Source: an uncultured Candidatus Saccharibacteria bacterium
GTDB taxonomy: Bacteria; Patescibacteriota; CPR2_A; CAYFQT01
Assembly (NCBI GenBank): GCA_964345445.1
Contig: CAYFQT010000026.1
Coordinates: 5,685-69,684 of the forward strand
Reading direction: 5' to 3'
DNA length: 64,000 nt
The position numbers and the translations under genes are program-made. Positions within the stretch are counted from its first letter, which is position 1; each line of letters starts with the position of its first letter. Below, in pieces: positions 1 through 9,226 of the stretch. Below the pieces are notes generated by a model. It saw only the letters and a program-made list of their open reading frames with translations, was not told the DNA's origin and made no database searches.

Positions 1-289
1 GACTGAGATTATTGTCCCAGATAAGTATTATCATGTGATGGGTGCAGTGGGGACAGCTTTGTTGGCCCAAGAAGAGATTACAGAGAGTGACCAAAAGACT
101 CAATTTCGAGGTTTTAAAACAGCAGAAGAGAATTTTGAAACATCCAGTTCTCATTGTAAAGGCTGCGAAAATAATTGTGAAATAGTAAAAACTGAGCTTG
201 AAGGAAAAACTCTAGCTTATTGGGGTAGCCGCTGTGGAAAATGGGAGGTGCAAAAAGTAGAGAAAGAAATAGAAAGAACTAAAGTTTAA
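1..289 (+). CDS. 3' end of a gene running in from upstream. Possible BadF/BadG/BcrA/BcrD-type ATPase (acyl-CoA dehydratase activase-like) C-terminus with a CxxCxxxC tail.
   Basis: The frame is open from base 2 (TEIIVPDKYYHVMGAVGTALLAQ...). The GAxGxALLA-like motif is typical of this ATPase family's C-terminus, and the CKGCENNCEIV cysteine cluster follows. Confidence 0.35.
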   Translation, partial: TEIIVPDKYYHVMGAVGTALLAQEEITESDQKTQFRGFKTAEENFETSSSHCKGCENNCEIVKTELEGKTLAYWGSRCGKWEVQKVEKEIERTKV

Positions 290-496
290 GAATATTACAA
301 TTTAAATTTTTAGGGAGCATATAATTAAGATTGGTATTATAACAATTACTTTTCTTTAATTCTATGCTCCTTTTATTTTTCAATTAAACTAATTCCTTAT
401 TCCTAATAACTTATAACTGATATCTCACTTGTGAAAGTATGTATTTTATGATAATATACTCTATACTGAATATATTTTTAAAAAAAGGACTAATTT

Positions 497-715
497 ATGG
501 ACAACATTTTAAATATAATTCAAGTAGTTGTTTCTGTTTTACTTATAGTTGTTATTTTAATTCAAGGAAAAGGTGCAGGTTTAGGAGCTGCTTTTGGAGG
601 CACTTCTAATGTTTACAGGACTAAAAGAGGAGCAGAGAAGTTTCTTCATATTTCTACAATAATTTTAGCTTTTATTTTTATAACTGTTGCTTTGATACAT
701 ATAATAATCAGATAA
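497..715 (+). CDS. secG: preprotein translocase subunit SecG
   Basis: 72 aa with two TM segments. Glycine-rich loop LIQGKGAGLGAAFGG..RTKRGAEKFL matches the SecG signature. Confidence 0.75.
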   Translation: MDNILNIIQVVVSVLLIVVILIQGKGAGLGAAFGGTSNVYRTKRGAEKFLHISTIILAFIFITVALIHIIIR

Positions 716-919
716 TTAAGATTTTACTTGGTTAAATTATTTATTTGTTGATATATTAAATAAATATATTATGTTGAGATTCCAAAATTGAGATATAATT
801 TTGATCTAAAAGAGGAATGTATAGTGTATCTGTTACAATTTAATCTCTTATTCTAAAAATAACTGCTTGATTTAAACATTAATGAAAGCAGGCTTTTTTA
901 GATTTAAAAAGGAGGTTTT

Positions 920-2749
920 TTGACAAGTGTAAAAGAAATAGAAAAATTTCTTAGAAAAATTTTAGCTGCAATAAAATTTTTCTTTCTTTTCCTATTCCGA
1001 TTAGTTTATGCTATATTTTCAGGTTTTTCAAATTGGTTTCGAATTTTAAGAAAAATTGAACTAAAAGATCGAAAAATATTTTTAGCAATTAAAATTTTTC
1101 AAAAATTCACTGCCTTAGAATTAATAATTATAAGTATACTTTTTTTAATTATTATGATCTGTTCTGGAATTTTGGTTTGGGAAAATTATATTCAATCCAC
1201 CTCTATAGTTCCGGCTAAAGGGGGCAGTTACATTGAAGGAATTGTAGGAGAGCCAAAATATGTAAATCCTCTTCTATCTTCTGGAAATGATACAGATATG
1301 GTTTTATGTTCTTTGGTTTTTTCTGGGCTTACTAAATATGATAAAAATGGAGAACTTGTTGGAGATCTTTCTGCAAAATGGGATGTTTCTTCTGACAATA
1401 AAACATATACTTTTTATTTACGCGATTCAGTCCTGTGGCACGACAAGCAACCGTTTAATGCTGATGATGTAGTTTATACTATTGAATATATTCAAAATCC
1501 AGATTTTACAGGAACTTTGTCTAGTATTTGGAATAATGTTAAAGTTGAAAAGATAGATGATTTAACAATTAAATTTACCCTGCCGAGTGTATATACAGAT
1601 TTTCTTTCTAATACTACTTTGGGGATTTTACCTAGGCATTATTTGCAGAATGTTCCCCCAGGCAACATTTGGGGAGCCGATTTTAATTTGCAGCCTGTTG
1701 GCACTGGTCCTTATAAATTTTCCGAGATCAAAAAAGATAAATTTGGGCATATAGAATCAATTACTTTAATGGTTAATAATGATTACTATATAAAAAGAGC
1801 TTATATTAACAGAATAACTTTTAAATTTTATTCTCATTATATGCAGGTTTTGGAAGCATATAGGAAAAAAGAGATTCAAGGGTTAGATTATATTTCTCCT
1901 GAAGATGTATCAAACGTTAATGATTGGAAGGGGGTAAATTTACATAAAGCCATTCTTCCTCAATATACAGCCGTATTTTTTAACGTTAAATCAAAAAGTC
2001 TCAAAGACAATAAGACAAGAAAAGCTTTAGCATATGCAGTAGATAAAGAAAAAATTCTAGAGGAGATATTACATGGTGAAGGTCAATTGGTAGATACGCC
2101 AATATTGCCAGGATTTTTAGGTCATAACCCAGATGTTAAAAAATATTCATTTAATTTAGAAGAAGCAAAAAAAATATTACAACAAGAAGGTTGGGAAGAT
2201 GTAGATGGTGATGGAATTTTAGAGAGAAATGACGTAAGATTAGAATTTAATTTATTAACAGTTGATAAATCTTTATATGGGAGAACTGCTCAGATTATAT
2301 CTGAGAGTTGGAATAGTATAGGAGCTCATGTAGAAGTTATAATTTATGATAGTAAAACTTTACAGCAGGATTATATTCATTCTAGGAATTATGACGCTTT
2401 GTTATATGGAGAAAATTTAGGGCATGATCCAGACCCATATCCTTATTGGCATTCTACCCAAGCTGAAGGATCTGGTTTAAATCTTTCTTCTTTTTCGGAA
2501 AGAAAAGTAGATGAAATTTTAGAAGAGGCTAGGCAATCAATAGATAGTGATTTCCGATCTTTAAAATATATAGAATTTCAAAATATTATTGCTGAGGAAT
2601 TACCGGCTATTTTCCTCTTCAATCCCAATTATATCTATGGAGTTTCTGAAAAAGTGAAAGGAATTGAACTTGGAAATATTGTTTTACCTTATGAGAGATT
2701 TTGGGGGGTGTCAGATTGGTATATAAAGACTAAAAGAGCGCCTAAATAA
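920..2749 (+). CDS. ABC transporter substrate-binding protein, family 5 (OppA/DppA-like), with N-terminal membrane anchor
   Basis: 609 aa. TTG start follows the AAAAGGAGG RBS at 909-916. Hydrophobic N-terminus, then family-5 SBP features such as LTKYDKNGELVGDLAKWDVS. Confidence 0.7.
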   Translation: MTSVKEIEKFLRKILAAIKFFFLFLFRLVYAIFSGFSNWFRILRKIELKDRKIFLAIKIFQKFTALELIIISILFLIIMICSGILVWENYIQSTSIVPAKGGSYIEGIVGEPKYVNPLLSSGNDTDMVLCSLVFSGLTKYDKNGELVGDLSAKWDVSSDNKTYTFYLRDSVLWHDKQPFNADDVVYTIEYIQNPDFTGTLSSIWNNVKVEKIDDLTIKFTLPSVYTDFLSNTTLGILPRHYLQNVPPGNIWGADFNLQPVGTGPYKFSEIKKDKFGHIESITLMVNNDYYIKRAYINRITFKFYSHYMQVLEAYRKKEIQGLDYISPEDVSNVNDWKGVNLHKAILPQYTAVFFNVKSKSLKDNKTRKALAYAVDKEKILEEILHGEGQLVDTPILPGFLGHNPDVKKYSFNLEEAKKILQQEGWEDVDGDGILERNDVRLEFNLLTVDKSLYGRTAQIISESWNSIGAHVEVIIYDSKTLQQDYIHSRNYDALLYGENLGHDPDPYPYWHSTQAEGSGLNLSSFSERKVDEILEEARQSIDSDFRSLKYIEFQNIIAEELPAIFLFNPNYIYGVSEKVKGIELGNIVLPYERFWGVSDWYIKTKRAPK

Positions 2750-2787
2750 TACTGGAAAAAATTTTCAATTTTTTTTCAACCCGCCGT

Positions 2788-2871
2788 GCCCTGGTGCTGA
2801 AACTGGTAGACAGGCGTGGTTCAGGACCACGTGCTCAAAAGAGCGTGAGAGTTCGAATCTCTCCCAGGGCA
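2788..2871 (+). tRNA. tRNA-Leu (anticodon CAG), type II with long variable arm
   Basis: Acceptor GCCCTGG/CCAGGGC with discriminator A. Anticodon loop ttCAGga, long variable arm, T-loop TTCGAAT. Confidence 0.8.
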
Positions 2872-2921
2872 TTTTGCCAAATGAAGCCAAAATAGTATAA
2901 TTGAACTAGTTCATTCAATTA

Positions 2922-3005
2922 GCCCCCGTGGCGGAACTGGCATACGCGACAGGTTGAGGGCCTGTGTCCTTTTAGGACGTACTGGTTCAAATCCAGTCGG
3001 GGGCA
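2922..3005 (+). tRNA. tRNA-Leu (anticodon GAG), type II
   Basis: Acceptor GCCCCCG/CGGGGGC with discriminator A. Anticodon loop ttGAGgg, variable-arm hairpin gtcct-ttt-aggac, T-loop TTCAAAT. Confidence 0.7.
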
Positions 3006-3043
3006 CTGCGTTAGAAGAAACCCTTCAATTATTTTATCTTTAA

Positions 3044-3117
3044 GGGTGCTTAGCTCAGTTGGTTAGAGTGACTGGTTTACATCCAGTAGGTCGGGGGTTC
3101 GAATCCCTCAGCACCCA
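3044..3117 (+). tRNA. tRNA-Val (anticodon TAC)
   Basis: GGGTGCTTAGCTCAGTTGG...cloverleaf. Anticodon loop ttTACat, T-arm GGGGGTTCGAATCCCTC, acceptor GGGTGCT/AGCACCC. Confidence 0.85.
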
Positions 3118-3137
3118 CGTCGAAACAAAATTTAAGC

Positions 3138-3165
3138 TTTCGCCCCGAAAGCTTTCGGGGCGAAA
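3138..3165. terminator. Perfect 28-nt palindrome (12-bp GC-rich stem, AGCT loop) between tRNA-Val and tRNA-Phe. Hairpin, possibly a terminator or processing site.
   Basis: TTTCGCCCCGAAAGCTTTCGGGGCGAAA equals its own reverse complement. Confidence 0.5.
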
Positions 3166-3186
3166 ATGAAAGGTTTGTTTGGACGC

Positions 3187-3262
3187 GCCGAGGTAGCTCA
3201 GGTAGTAGAGCACAGGTCTGAAAAACCTGGTGTCCCCAGTGCAAGTCTGGGCCTCGGCACCA
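3187..3262 (+). tRNA. tRNA-Phe (anticodon GAA), with encoded CCA
   Basis: Acceptor GCCGAGG/CCTCGGC + A + CCA. D-arm TAGCTCAGGTAGTAGAGC, anticodon loop ctGAAaa. The T-loop tgcaagt is atypical (G at position 55). Confidence 0.75.
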
Positions 3263-3562
3263 CGTCGAAGTTATTCCACTATACATCCTGCTTCAGCAGG
3301 CTGCACCGCTCCATAAACTTCTCCTCTTTCTACAAAATACTAAAGTATTTTGTCGAGTTGAAAAAATTCTAAAGAATTTTTGCGAAAAAGGAGCATTGCT
3401 GAAGATGGAAACAAAATTTTTGAAGAAAATTTTGTGGAATCGGAGGTTGAAAATTTTACCCGTAAAAATTCTTCAGAATTTTTACGGAAAAGGAGAAGTA
3501 AAGCGAAAATTGGAATGATTTCTTAGGAAGAAATCATAAAAATGGCAGCTTTACTTCGACGT

Positions 3563-3635
3563 GCGGGTGTAGCTCAGTTGATAGAGCATCTGCTTGCCAT
3601 GCAGAAGGTCGTGGGTTTAAGTCCCATCACCCGCT
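3563..3635 (+). tRNA. tRNA-Gly (anticodon GCC)
   Basis: GCGGGTGTAGCTCAGTTGATAGAGC. Anticodon loop ttGCCat, discriminator U as expected for Gly. The overlapping ORF 3542-3817 translates the tRNA (AGVAQLIEH... artefact). Confidence 0.85.
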
Positions 3636-3817
3636 TCGTCGGAATAAACTTCCAGCTTTTGCGAATTTGTTTTACAAATTTGCTACCACTTTCAGTTTAT
3701 TCCTCCTCTTTCGCAAAAAATCTGACGATTTTTTGCAAGACAAAAACATTAGGTGACCTATTTTTCCTGTTTATAAGCGGGGCAGGGTCCGCGGTCTGCC
3801 TGCCCGCCAAAGCCTAG

Positions 3818-3889
3818 GGCCTCGTGACCGAGTGGTTTAGGTAGCGGTCTGCAAAACCGCGTACGGCGGTTCAAATCCGCCCGAGGCCT
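3818..3889 (+). tRNA. tRNA-Cys (anticodon GCA)
   Basis: Acceptor GGCCTCG/CGAGGCC with discriminator U (Cys-typical). Anticodon loop ctGCAaa, T-arm GGCGGTTCAAATCCGCC. Confidence 0.8.
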
Positions 3890-3894
3890 CTGAC

Positions 3895-3990
3895 ACTGGC
3901 AGGCGGGCCTGCCCGCTAATGCAAGCATAGCGTTGCAGGCGGGCAAAACCGAGTACAGCATGCGAATCCGCTCCAGGCCTCCGTAATTAA
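3895..3990 (+). pseudogene. Degenerate tRNA-Cys-like 3' half (tRNA remnant) fused to a GC-rich dispersed motif
   Basis: gcaaaaccgagtacagcatgcgaatccgctccaggcctcc is about 70% identical to the 3' half of the upstream tRNA-Cys but does not form a cloverleaf. Confidence 0.4.
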
Positions 3991-4019
3991 CTCATCTAAG
4001 GCATAATCAGAAAAAATAA

Positions 4020-4103
4020 GGGCGAGTGGCGGAATTGGTATACGCGCGACACTTAAAATGTCGTCCTGTTTACAGGGTGAGGGTTCGAGTCCCTCCTTGC
4101 CCA
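4020..4103 (+). tRNA. tRNA-Leu (anticodon TAA), type II
   Basis: Acceptor GGGCGAG/CTTGCCC with discriminator A. Anticodon stem CGACA/TGTCG with loop ctTAAaa, long variable arm, T-arm GAGGGTTCGAGTCCCTC. Confidence 0.8.
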
Positions 4104-4368
4104 CGTCCAAATAAACTTTCAGTTTTCGCGATCTCACAAAGTGAAATCGCTGTCACTTACAGTTTATTCCTCCTCTTTCTTCAAAATACTAAAGTATTTT
4201 GACGAGTAAATATAATACTTCCGACTTTCATGATTTTGTAGAACAAAATCGTTCTTTTTTAAAAAATCCTTGATTTTTTGATTTATAAGACTTAAAATAA
4301 AATATCTATAAAGAACATTTACAATTAAATACAAGACGAAAATCAAAATTTTAAAGGAGTGATAGTTA

Positions 4369-5160
4369 ATGCTTAATCCGAAATTAACAACTGGAAGAGT
4401 TTTGGGGCATGAAAGTATAAAAAAAAGACTTTCTGGCCTTGAAGATTTGGGTATCAAAGAACCAGGTGTAAAAGTCTTAGAATTATGTAGGGAGAAAAAA
4501 CAACCTGAGGAATTAAAAATAGCCCGGGGATCGGGGAAGATTGTTGTTGATCCTCCTTATACTGAAAAAGATCTCAAAAAACTTCTGGGAAATGTTTCTC
4601 TTGATTTAGAACTTGGCAAAACTTTACGAATTCACACCAATCCCCATTCTCATCCTGTAAATCAAGGAGGAATGTTACAAGATCCTATAGTGGATCTTGA
4701 TGATAAAGATACTTTAAAACAAATTGAGAAACATGATGTTATTTTTGAACTTTCAGATGATAAGCCTTATATATTAACGCCAAGGTCTTTTGTTAAAGCA
4801 ATTACTCATCGAATCTATTGGCTACCTTATGATTTAGTGGGACTAATGGAAGGCAGGAGTAGAGTATGTCGTTGGGGAGTGGCAACGACGGTAAATGCAC
4901 CCAAAATCGATCCTGGTTTTTCAGGAGTAATAGTTTTAGAATTAACTAACTCAGGTGACTACCGATTTGCCCTTAGGAAAGGAATGGCAATCTCTCAAAT
5001 TATGTTTTTTCCTGTAGAAGGAAAAATCGGCAAACCTTATGATGAGACAGGGCGATTCGGAGGTCAAGATGATATCAGATATAGTTTCGCCCCAGATCCT
5101 TTATCAGATTTTTTTGAAATAACAAAACGTGACATTGTCCCTAAAGAAGATGAAAAATAA
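4369..5160 (+). CDS. dcd: dCTP deaminase family protein (dUTPase-fold), extended N-terminus
   Basis: RBS AAAGGAGTG. C-terminal half carries the KIDPGFSGVIVLELTN and GRFGGQ motifs of Dcd/dUTPase-like enzymes. Confidence 0.65.
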   Translation: MLNPKLTTGRVLGHESIKKRLSGLEDLGIKEPGVKVLELCREKKQPEELKIARGSGKIVVDPPYTEKDLKKLLGNVSLDLELGKTLRIHTNPHSHPVNQGGMLQDPIVDLDDKDTLKQIEKHDVIFELSDDKPYILTPRSFVKAITHRIYWLPYDLVGLMEGRSRVCRWGVATTVNAPKIDPGFSGVIVLELTNSGDYRFALRKGMAISQIMFFPVEGKIGKPYDETGRFGGQDDIRYSFAPDPLSDFFEITKRDIVPKEDEK

Positions 5161-5514
5161 TAGTAGAAAATTTTCCTACCCTTATATAGGTAAACCGTCA
5201 TTTAGTTGTTTTAAAAAAACATCTACTTGGCGGTTTTTTCTTTTGTCTAATTCTTAAATAATTTTTAGGCATAACACTTTTTAAGCCATGGCACAATAGT
5301 GTTATATTATAATTTGTTGCGAAATTCAGCTATGGCCTATTTTTGTTACAAAAAATAAAAGCCCACATTAAACTCATAAATATAAATGAGTAAAAGTGGG
5401 CTTTTTGTGTAATTATTTTATTAAACAAACAGAATAAAGATTATATTAGACTAATTTATTTTAAGATGGTAGAATAAGAATAAGATTTTTTGAAATTATA
5501 GACGGAGAGGAAGT

Positions 5515-6345
5515 TTGAAAAAATATTTACCAATTTTATTGATTGCATTAGTTATAATCACCGGCTATTTTACATATAGCTATTTGCCAAAAGAGGGAGG
5601 AACTTTTTTTGGCGGCAGCAAAGGAAATCAAGAGAATACTAAAGATTCTGATTTTTCTTTCATTGTTTGCGGGGATAGTCATACAAACGAAGAAGTGTAT
5701 CAGAAAATTATTCAAAAGGCCAATGAAAATCAAGTGAAATTTTTAGTTGATTTAGGAGATATAACTAGGGTTGGAGCCGAATCAGAATTTACAGATTTTA
5801 AATCTCTTGTAAACGGGCTGAAAATCCCTTATTATGTAGTTTGTGGAAACCATGATGTTCTAAATAGTGATTCATTTTTTAAAAAATATTTCGGTGATAC
5901 TTATTATTCCTGGAATTACAATGATGTTCATTTTATAGTTTTAGATGATACAACAGATGAGAATGTTTTTTCAGAAAAACAGCTTGGTTGGTTGGAAAAT
6001 GATTTACAGGATTATAAAGAAAAGTTAGTTTTTATTTTTGTTCACAAACCTCCAAAATGTCCTTTTGTTACCTCTGATTTATTGGAATTTGAAGGCAAAG
6101 AATCAGACCAAAGGATTGAAAGATTTTTAGATATAGCCAGGGAATATAAAATTGATAAAATATATTCAGGGCATATTCATAACCATTTAAGTTATTCTCA
6201 GGGAGGGATACCTATTACTATAACTGGGGGAGCAGGAGGACCAACTCACAGGATACCTGTTTTTGGCCAAGCAGATTTTCCTCATTTTTTGTTGGTAAAA
6301 ATTAAAGGAAAAGAGTATAATGAAGAAGTAGTAAGAGTAGAGTAA
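5515..6345 (+). CDS. calcineurin-like metallophosphoesterase with N-terminal TM anchor
   Basis: Motifs GDSH..., DLGD, GNHD and GHIHNH. TTG start with GGAGAGGAAG RBS. Confidence 0.75.
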   Translation: MKKYLPILLIALVIITGYFTYSYLPKEGGTFFGGSKGNQENTKDSDFSFIVCGDSHTNEEVYQKIIQKANENQVKFLVDLGDITRVGAESEFTDFKSLVNGLKIPYYVVCGNHDVLNSDSFFKKYFGDTYYSWNYNDVHFIVLDDTTDENVFSEKQLGWLENDLQDYKEKLVFIFVHKPPKCPFVTSDLLEFEGKESDQRIERFLDIAREYKIDKIYSGHIHNHLSYSQGGIPITITGGAGGPTHRIPVFGQADFPHFLLVKIKGKEYNEEVVRVE

Positions 6346-6400
6346 AGAGATAAGAGATAGGGGATAGGAATTAGTAAAAATAAGACTTATAACTCATAAC

Positions 6401-6432
6401 CCATAACTTCTGCCAGAGGCTGATCCGCCTCT
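6401..6432 (+). terminator. Rho-independent terminator-like hairpin after the phosphoesterase gene
   Basis: TCTGCCAGAGGC-tgatcc-GCCTCTGGCAGA, a 12-bp GC-rich stem followed by an A/T-rich run. Confidence 0.5.
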
Positions 6433-6464
6433 GGCAGAAATAACTAATAACTAAGGAGTGACAT

Positions 6465-6920
6465 ATGGAACCACAAAGCCAATTTGAAACTAAACCAAAG
6501 TTACCACCTAAACCTAGAAAATCAGGAATGAAAGGTCCAATTATTGCTGGATTGGTAGTAGGTGTAGTTATAGCTAGTATTTTTTGGTGGGTTGTTTTAA
6601 GAAAACAAACCAGCTCTGAAGTTAAAAGTCAACAAACAGAAACACAGGAACAAGAAACAGAATATAAGGATACAACTGATCAGGATACTTCAGGAGAAGT
6701 TACAGGAGAAACTTATATTGTTAAATCCGGTGATACTCTTTCTTCTATTGCAGTTAAATTTGATATAGAAGATTGGAGAGACTTAGCCCGAGCTAATAAT
6801 TTAGAAGAGCCATATTCTTTGAAAGTAGGAGATGAACTGATAATTCCTACGGGAGAAACAAAAGGAGAAAGTACAGGAGAGTATAAAGAATATGATGAGA
6901 AAGGAGAAGAAATACCTTAA
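6465..6920 (+). CDS. LysM domain protein with N-terminal TM
   Basis: LysM signature YIVKSGDTLSSIAVKF...LARANNL....LKVGDELIIP. RBS AAGGAGTG. Confidence 0.7.
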   Translation: MEPQSQFETKPKLPPKPRKSGMKGPIIAGLVVGVVIASIFWWVVLRKQTSSEVKSQQTETQEQETEYKDTTDQDTSGEVTGETYIVKSGDTLSSIAVKFDIEDWRDLARANNLEEPYSLKVGDELIIPTGETKGESTGEYKEYDEKGEEIP

Positions 6921-7013
6921 TTGAGATACTAAATAACTAAAGCACTAAAAAAAATGAACTAAAAACTAAGAACTAATTAAAGATATTAATATTAATTTTA
7001 GAGGAGGTAAATT

Positions 7014-7583
7014 ATGAATCTAACATGGGTGTTTTTGGGTATAATAGGAATTATTATACTCTGGGTTATTGCTATTTTTAACAGTTTAGTAACTTCAAAA
7101 AACCGAGTAAATGAGGCTTGGAGCGATATTGATGTTCAATTGAAACGTCGATATGATCTTATTCCTAATCTTATTGAAACAGTTAAAGGATATGCAGCGC
7201 ATGAAAAGGAGGTTTTTCAAAAAGTAACTGAGGCTAGAACAAAAGCTATTGCTGCGGGATCAGTCAAAGAACAAGGAGAAGCGGAGAATATGTTAGCTGG
7301 AGCTTTAAAATCAATTTTTGCTGTAGCTGAAAATTACCCTGAATTAAAAGCTAATGAAAATTTCTTAAGCCTGCAGACTGAACTCACTGACACAGAAAAT
7401 AAAATTCAAGCATCTCGAAGATTCTATAATGGAAATGTTAGAGATTACAACATTAAAATCGAGAAATTTCCTAACAACTTAATAGCAGGTGTGCTTAATT
7501 TTAAACATCGTGATTTATTCGAATTAGAAGAAGGGGAAAAAGAAAAAGTAAAAGAACCCCCCAAAGTAAAATTTGAAAAGTAA
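7014..7583 (+). CDS. lemA: LemA family protein
   Basis: N-terminal TM, then NSLVTSKNRVNEAWSDIDVQLKRRYDLIPNLIETVKGYAAHEKEVF..., typical of LemA. It precedes htpX, as is common. Confidence 0.8.
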   Translation: MNLTWVFLGIIGIIILWVIAIFNSLVTSKNRVNEAWSDIDVQLKRRYDLIPNLIETVKGYAAHEKEVFQKVTEARTKAIAAGSVKEQGEAENMLAGALKSIFAVAENYPELKANENFLSLQTELTDTENKIQASRRFYNGNVRDYNIKIEKFPNNLIAGVLNFKHRDLFELEEGEKEKVKEPPKVKFEK

Positions 7584-7618
7584 AAAAATAGGATTTAATA
7601 ATATATAAGGAGAGTGAT

Positions 7619-8323
7619 TTGGAGAATAATAACGATGTCAAATCTCCTGAAGTACCTCAACCTACTTATCGAACAAACCCCTTGGGCAATGTAGTTATAC
7701 ATTCTCTCAGAGAACCTGTAAATAAGAAATTGTTATTTTTTGTTATTGTAGGGATTTTAATTGGAGTTTTTTTCATTTACTGGCCTGGTCGAATGGTAAA
7801 GTATACAGATTCTGGAAGTAGATTTAGTTTTTATCACCCAGCCAACTGGAAGGAATTGAGTGATGAGGATTATGAGAAGGCTAAAGAAGTATTTGGCGAT
7901 ATTGTTGGAGAAATGTCAGGAATGAATATTTTAGTTATGATGGGTAGAGATGTTGATAGGAAAGAGAGTAAAAATGTTACTTTATTTATGATTACTAAGA
8001 CAGATATTCCTTCTGATTCACCTGTCACTTCTGCACAGGATGAAGAATTTAAAGAAGGAATGAATAAAGTCTTAGAATTTTTTGCCAAACAATATCCTGG
8101 ATTGAATGAAATAGAAAATAATGACATAGAAATTGATGGTATACCAGCCTGGAAAAAAATTATTACTTTTTCTGAGGAAGAACATAAGGCAAGAGTAGTC
8201 TGGATATATTTAATAAAAGAAAAAAAGATGTATTATTTTGCATTTGTTACTGATATTGAAGCTTCTTTAAAATTAATCAATACTGAAGATAAGGTAATTG
8301 AAAGTTTTAAATTTAAGGAGTAA
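7619..8323 (+). CDS. hypothetical membrane-anchored protein
   Basis: TTG start with AAGGAGAG RBS. Single TM (LLFFVIVGILIGVFFIYW). No family recognised. Confidence 0.45.
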   Translation: MENNNDVKSPEVPQPTYRTNPLGNVVIHSLREPVNKKLLFFVIVGILIGVFFIYWPGRMVKYTDSGSRFSFYHPANWKELSDEDYEKAKEVFGDIVGEMSGMNILVMMGRDVDRKESKNVTLFMITKTDIPSDSPVTSAQDEEFKEGMNKVLEFFAKQYPGLNEIENNDIEIDGIPAWKKIITFSEEEHKARVVWIYLIKEKKMYYFAFVTDIEASLKLINTEDKVIESFKFKE

Positions 8324-8326
8324 GAA

Positions 8327-9226
8327 TTGTATAACCAAATAGATTCTAATAAAAGAAAAACAATTATTTTAATTGGAATTTTTTTAATATTTATTATTGG
8401 AATAGCTTGGGTTTTTTCCCAAGCCTTAGATAATCCTTTTATTGTTCCAATTGCAGTCATATTCGCTATAGTAATGAGTATCTCTTCTTACTGGTATTCT
8501 GATAAGATTACCTTATTTATTTCTGGAGCAAAAGAAATTAAACATAGTGAGAACCCAGAGCTTTATCATATTGTAGAAAATCTATGTATCACTGCTGGGC
8601 TTCCTATACCTAGAATTTATATAATCTCCGATTCTGCACCTAATGCTTTTGCTACAGGAAGAGATCCCAAACACGCAGTAATTTGTGTAACTTCTGGACT
8701 TTTGCAAAAATTAGATAAGCCTGAACTGGAAGGAGTAATTGCTCATGAACTTTCTCATATCGGGAATTATGATATTAGATTAATGACCATTGTTGTTGTT
8801 TTGGTGGGAATAGTGGCATTGCTCTCTGATTTTTTCTTACGCTGGACTTGGTGGGGAAGAGGAGGAAGAGACAGTGAAGGTGCAGGACAACTGCGTATGA
8901 TATTATTTATTGTTGGATTAGTTTTAGCTATTTTATCTCCTATAATTGCTACTTTAATTCAATTGGCTATCTCTCGTAAAAGAGAATTTTTGGCTGATGC
9001 AAAAGGTGCTCTTTTAACTCGCTATCCTGAAGGATTAGCCAGGGCTTTAGAGAAAATATCTGGTGATACAGAACCACTTGAAGCAGCTAATAAAGCCACT
9101 GCTCATCTTTATATAACCAACCCTTTAAAAGAACATAAAGGAAAATCAAGAGGTTGGTTTGCTGGTTTATTTAACACTCATCCACCGGTTGAGGAAAGAA
9201 TTGCTAAACTTAGAGAAATGGCTTAA
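8327..9226 (+). CDS. htpX: zinc metalloprotease HtpX (M48 family)
   Basis: HELSH zinc motif at AHELSHIGNYD. Four TM helices and the typical HtpX N-terminus. Confidence 0.85.
   Translation: MYNQIDSNKRKTIILIGIFLIFIIGIAWVFSQALDNPFIVPIAVIFAIVMSISSYWYSDKITLFISGAKEIKHSENPELYHIVENLCITAGLPIPRIYIISDSAPNAFATGRDPKHAVICVTSGLLQKLDKPELEGVIAHELSHIGNYDIRLMTIVVVLVGIVALLSDFFLRWTWWGRGGRDSEGAGQLRMILFIVGLVLAILSPIIATLIQLAISRKREFLADAKGALLTRYPEGLARALEKISGDTEPLEAANKATAHLYITNPLKEHKGKSRGWFAGLFNTHPPVEERIAKLREMA

Noticed and set aside
1287-1472. Small internal ORFs in alternative frames of large genes (1287-1472, 15397-15627, 42524-43522, 46238-46432)
   Set aside because: Out-of-frame overlaps with conserved genes, and no independent initiation signals.
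3542-3817. ORF-track CDS 3542-3817 and other ORFs overlapping the tRNA cluster (3077-3286 -, 3166-3372 +, 3758-3961 -, 3916-4137 -)
   Set aside because: They translate tRNA genes and GC-rich hairpins (AGVAQLIEHLLAMQKVVGLSP is a classic tRNA read-through artefact). None has an RBS or protein-like composition.
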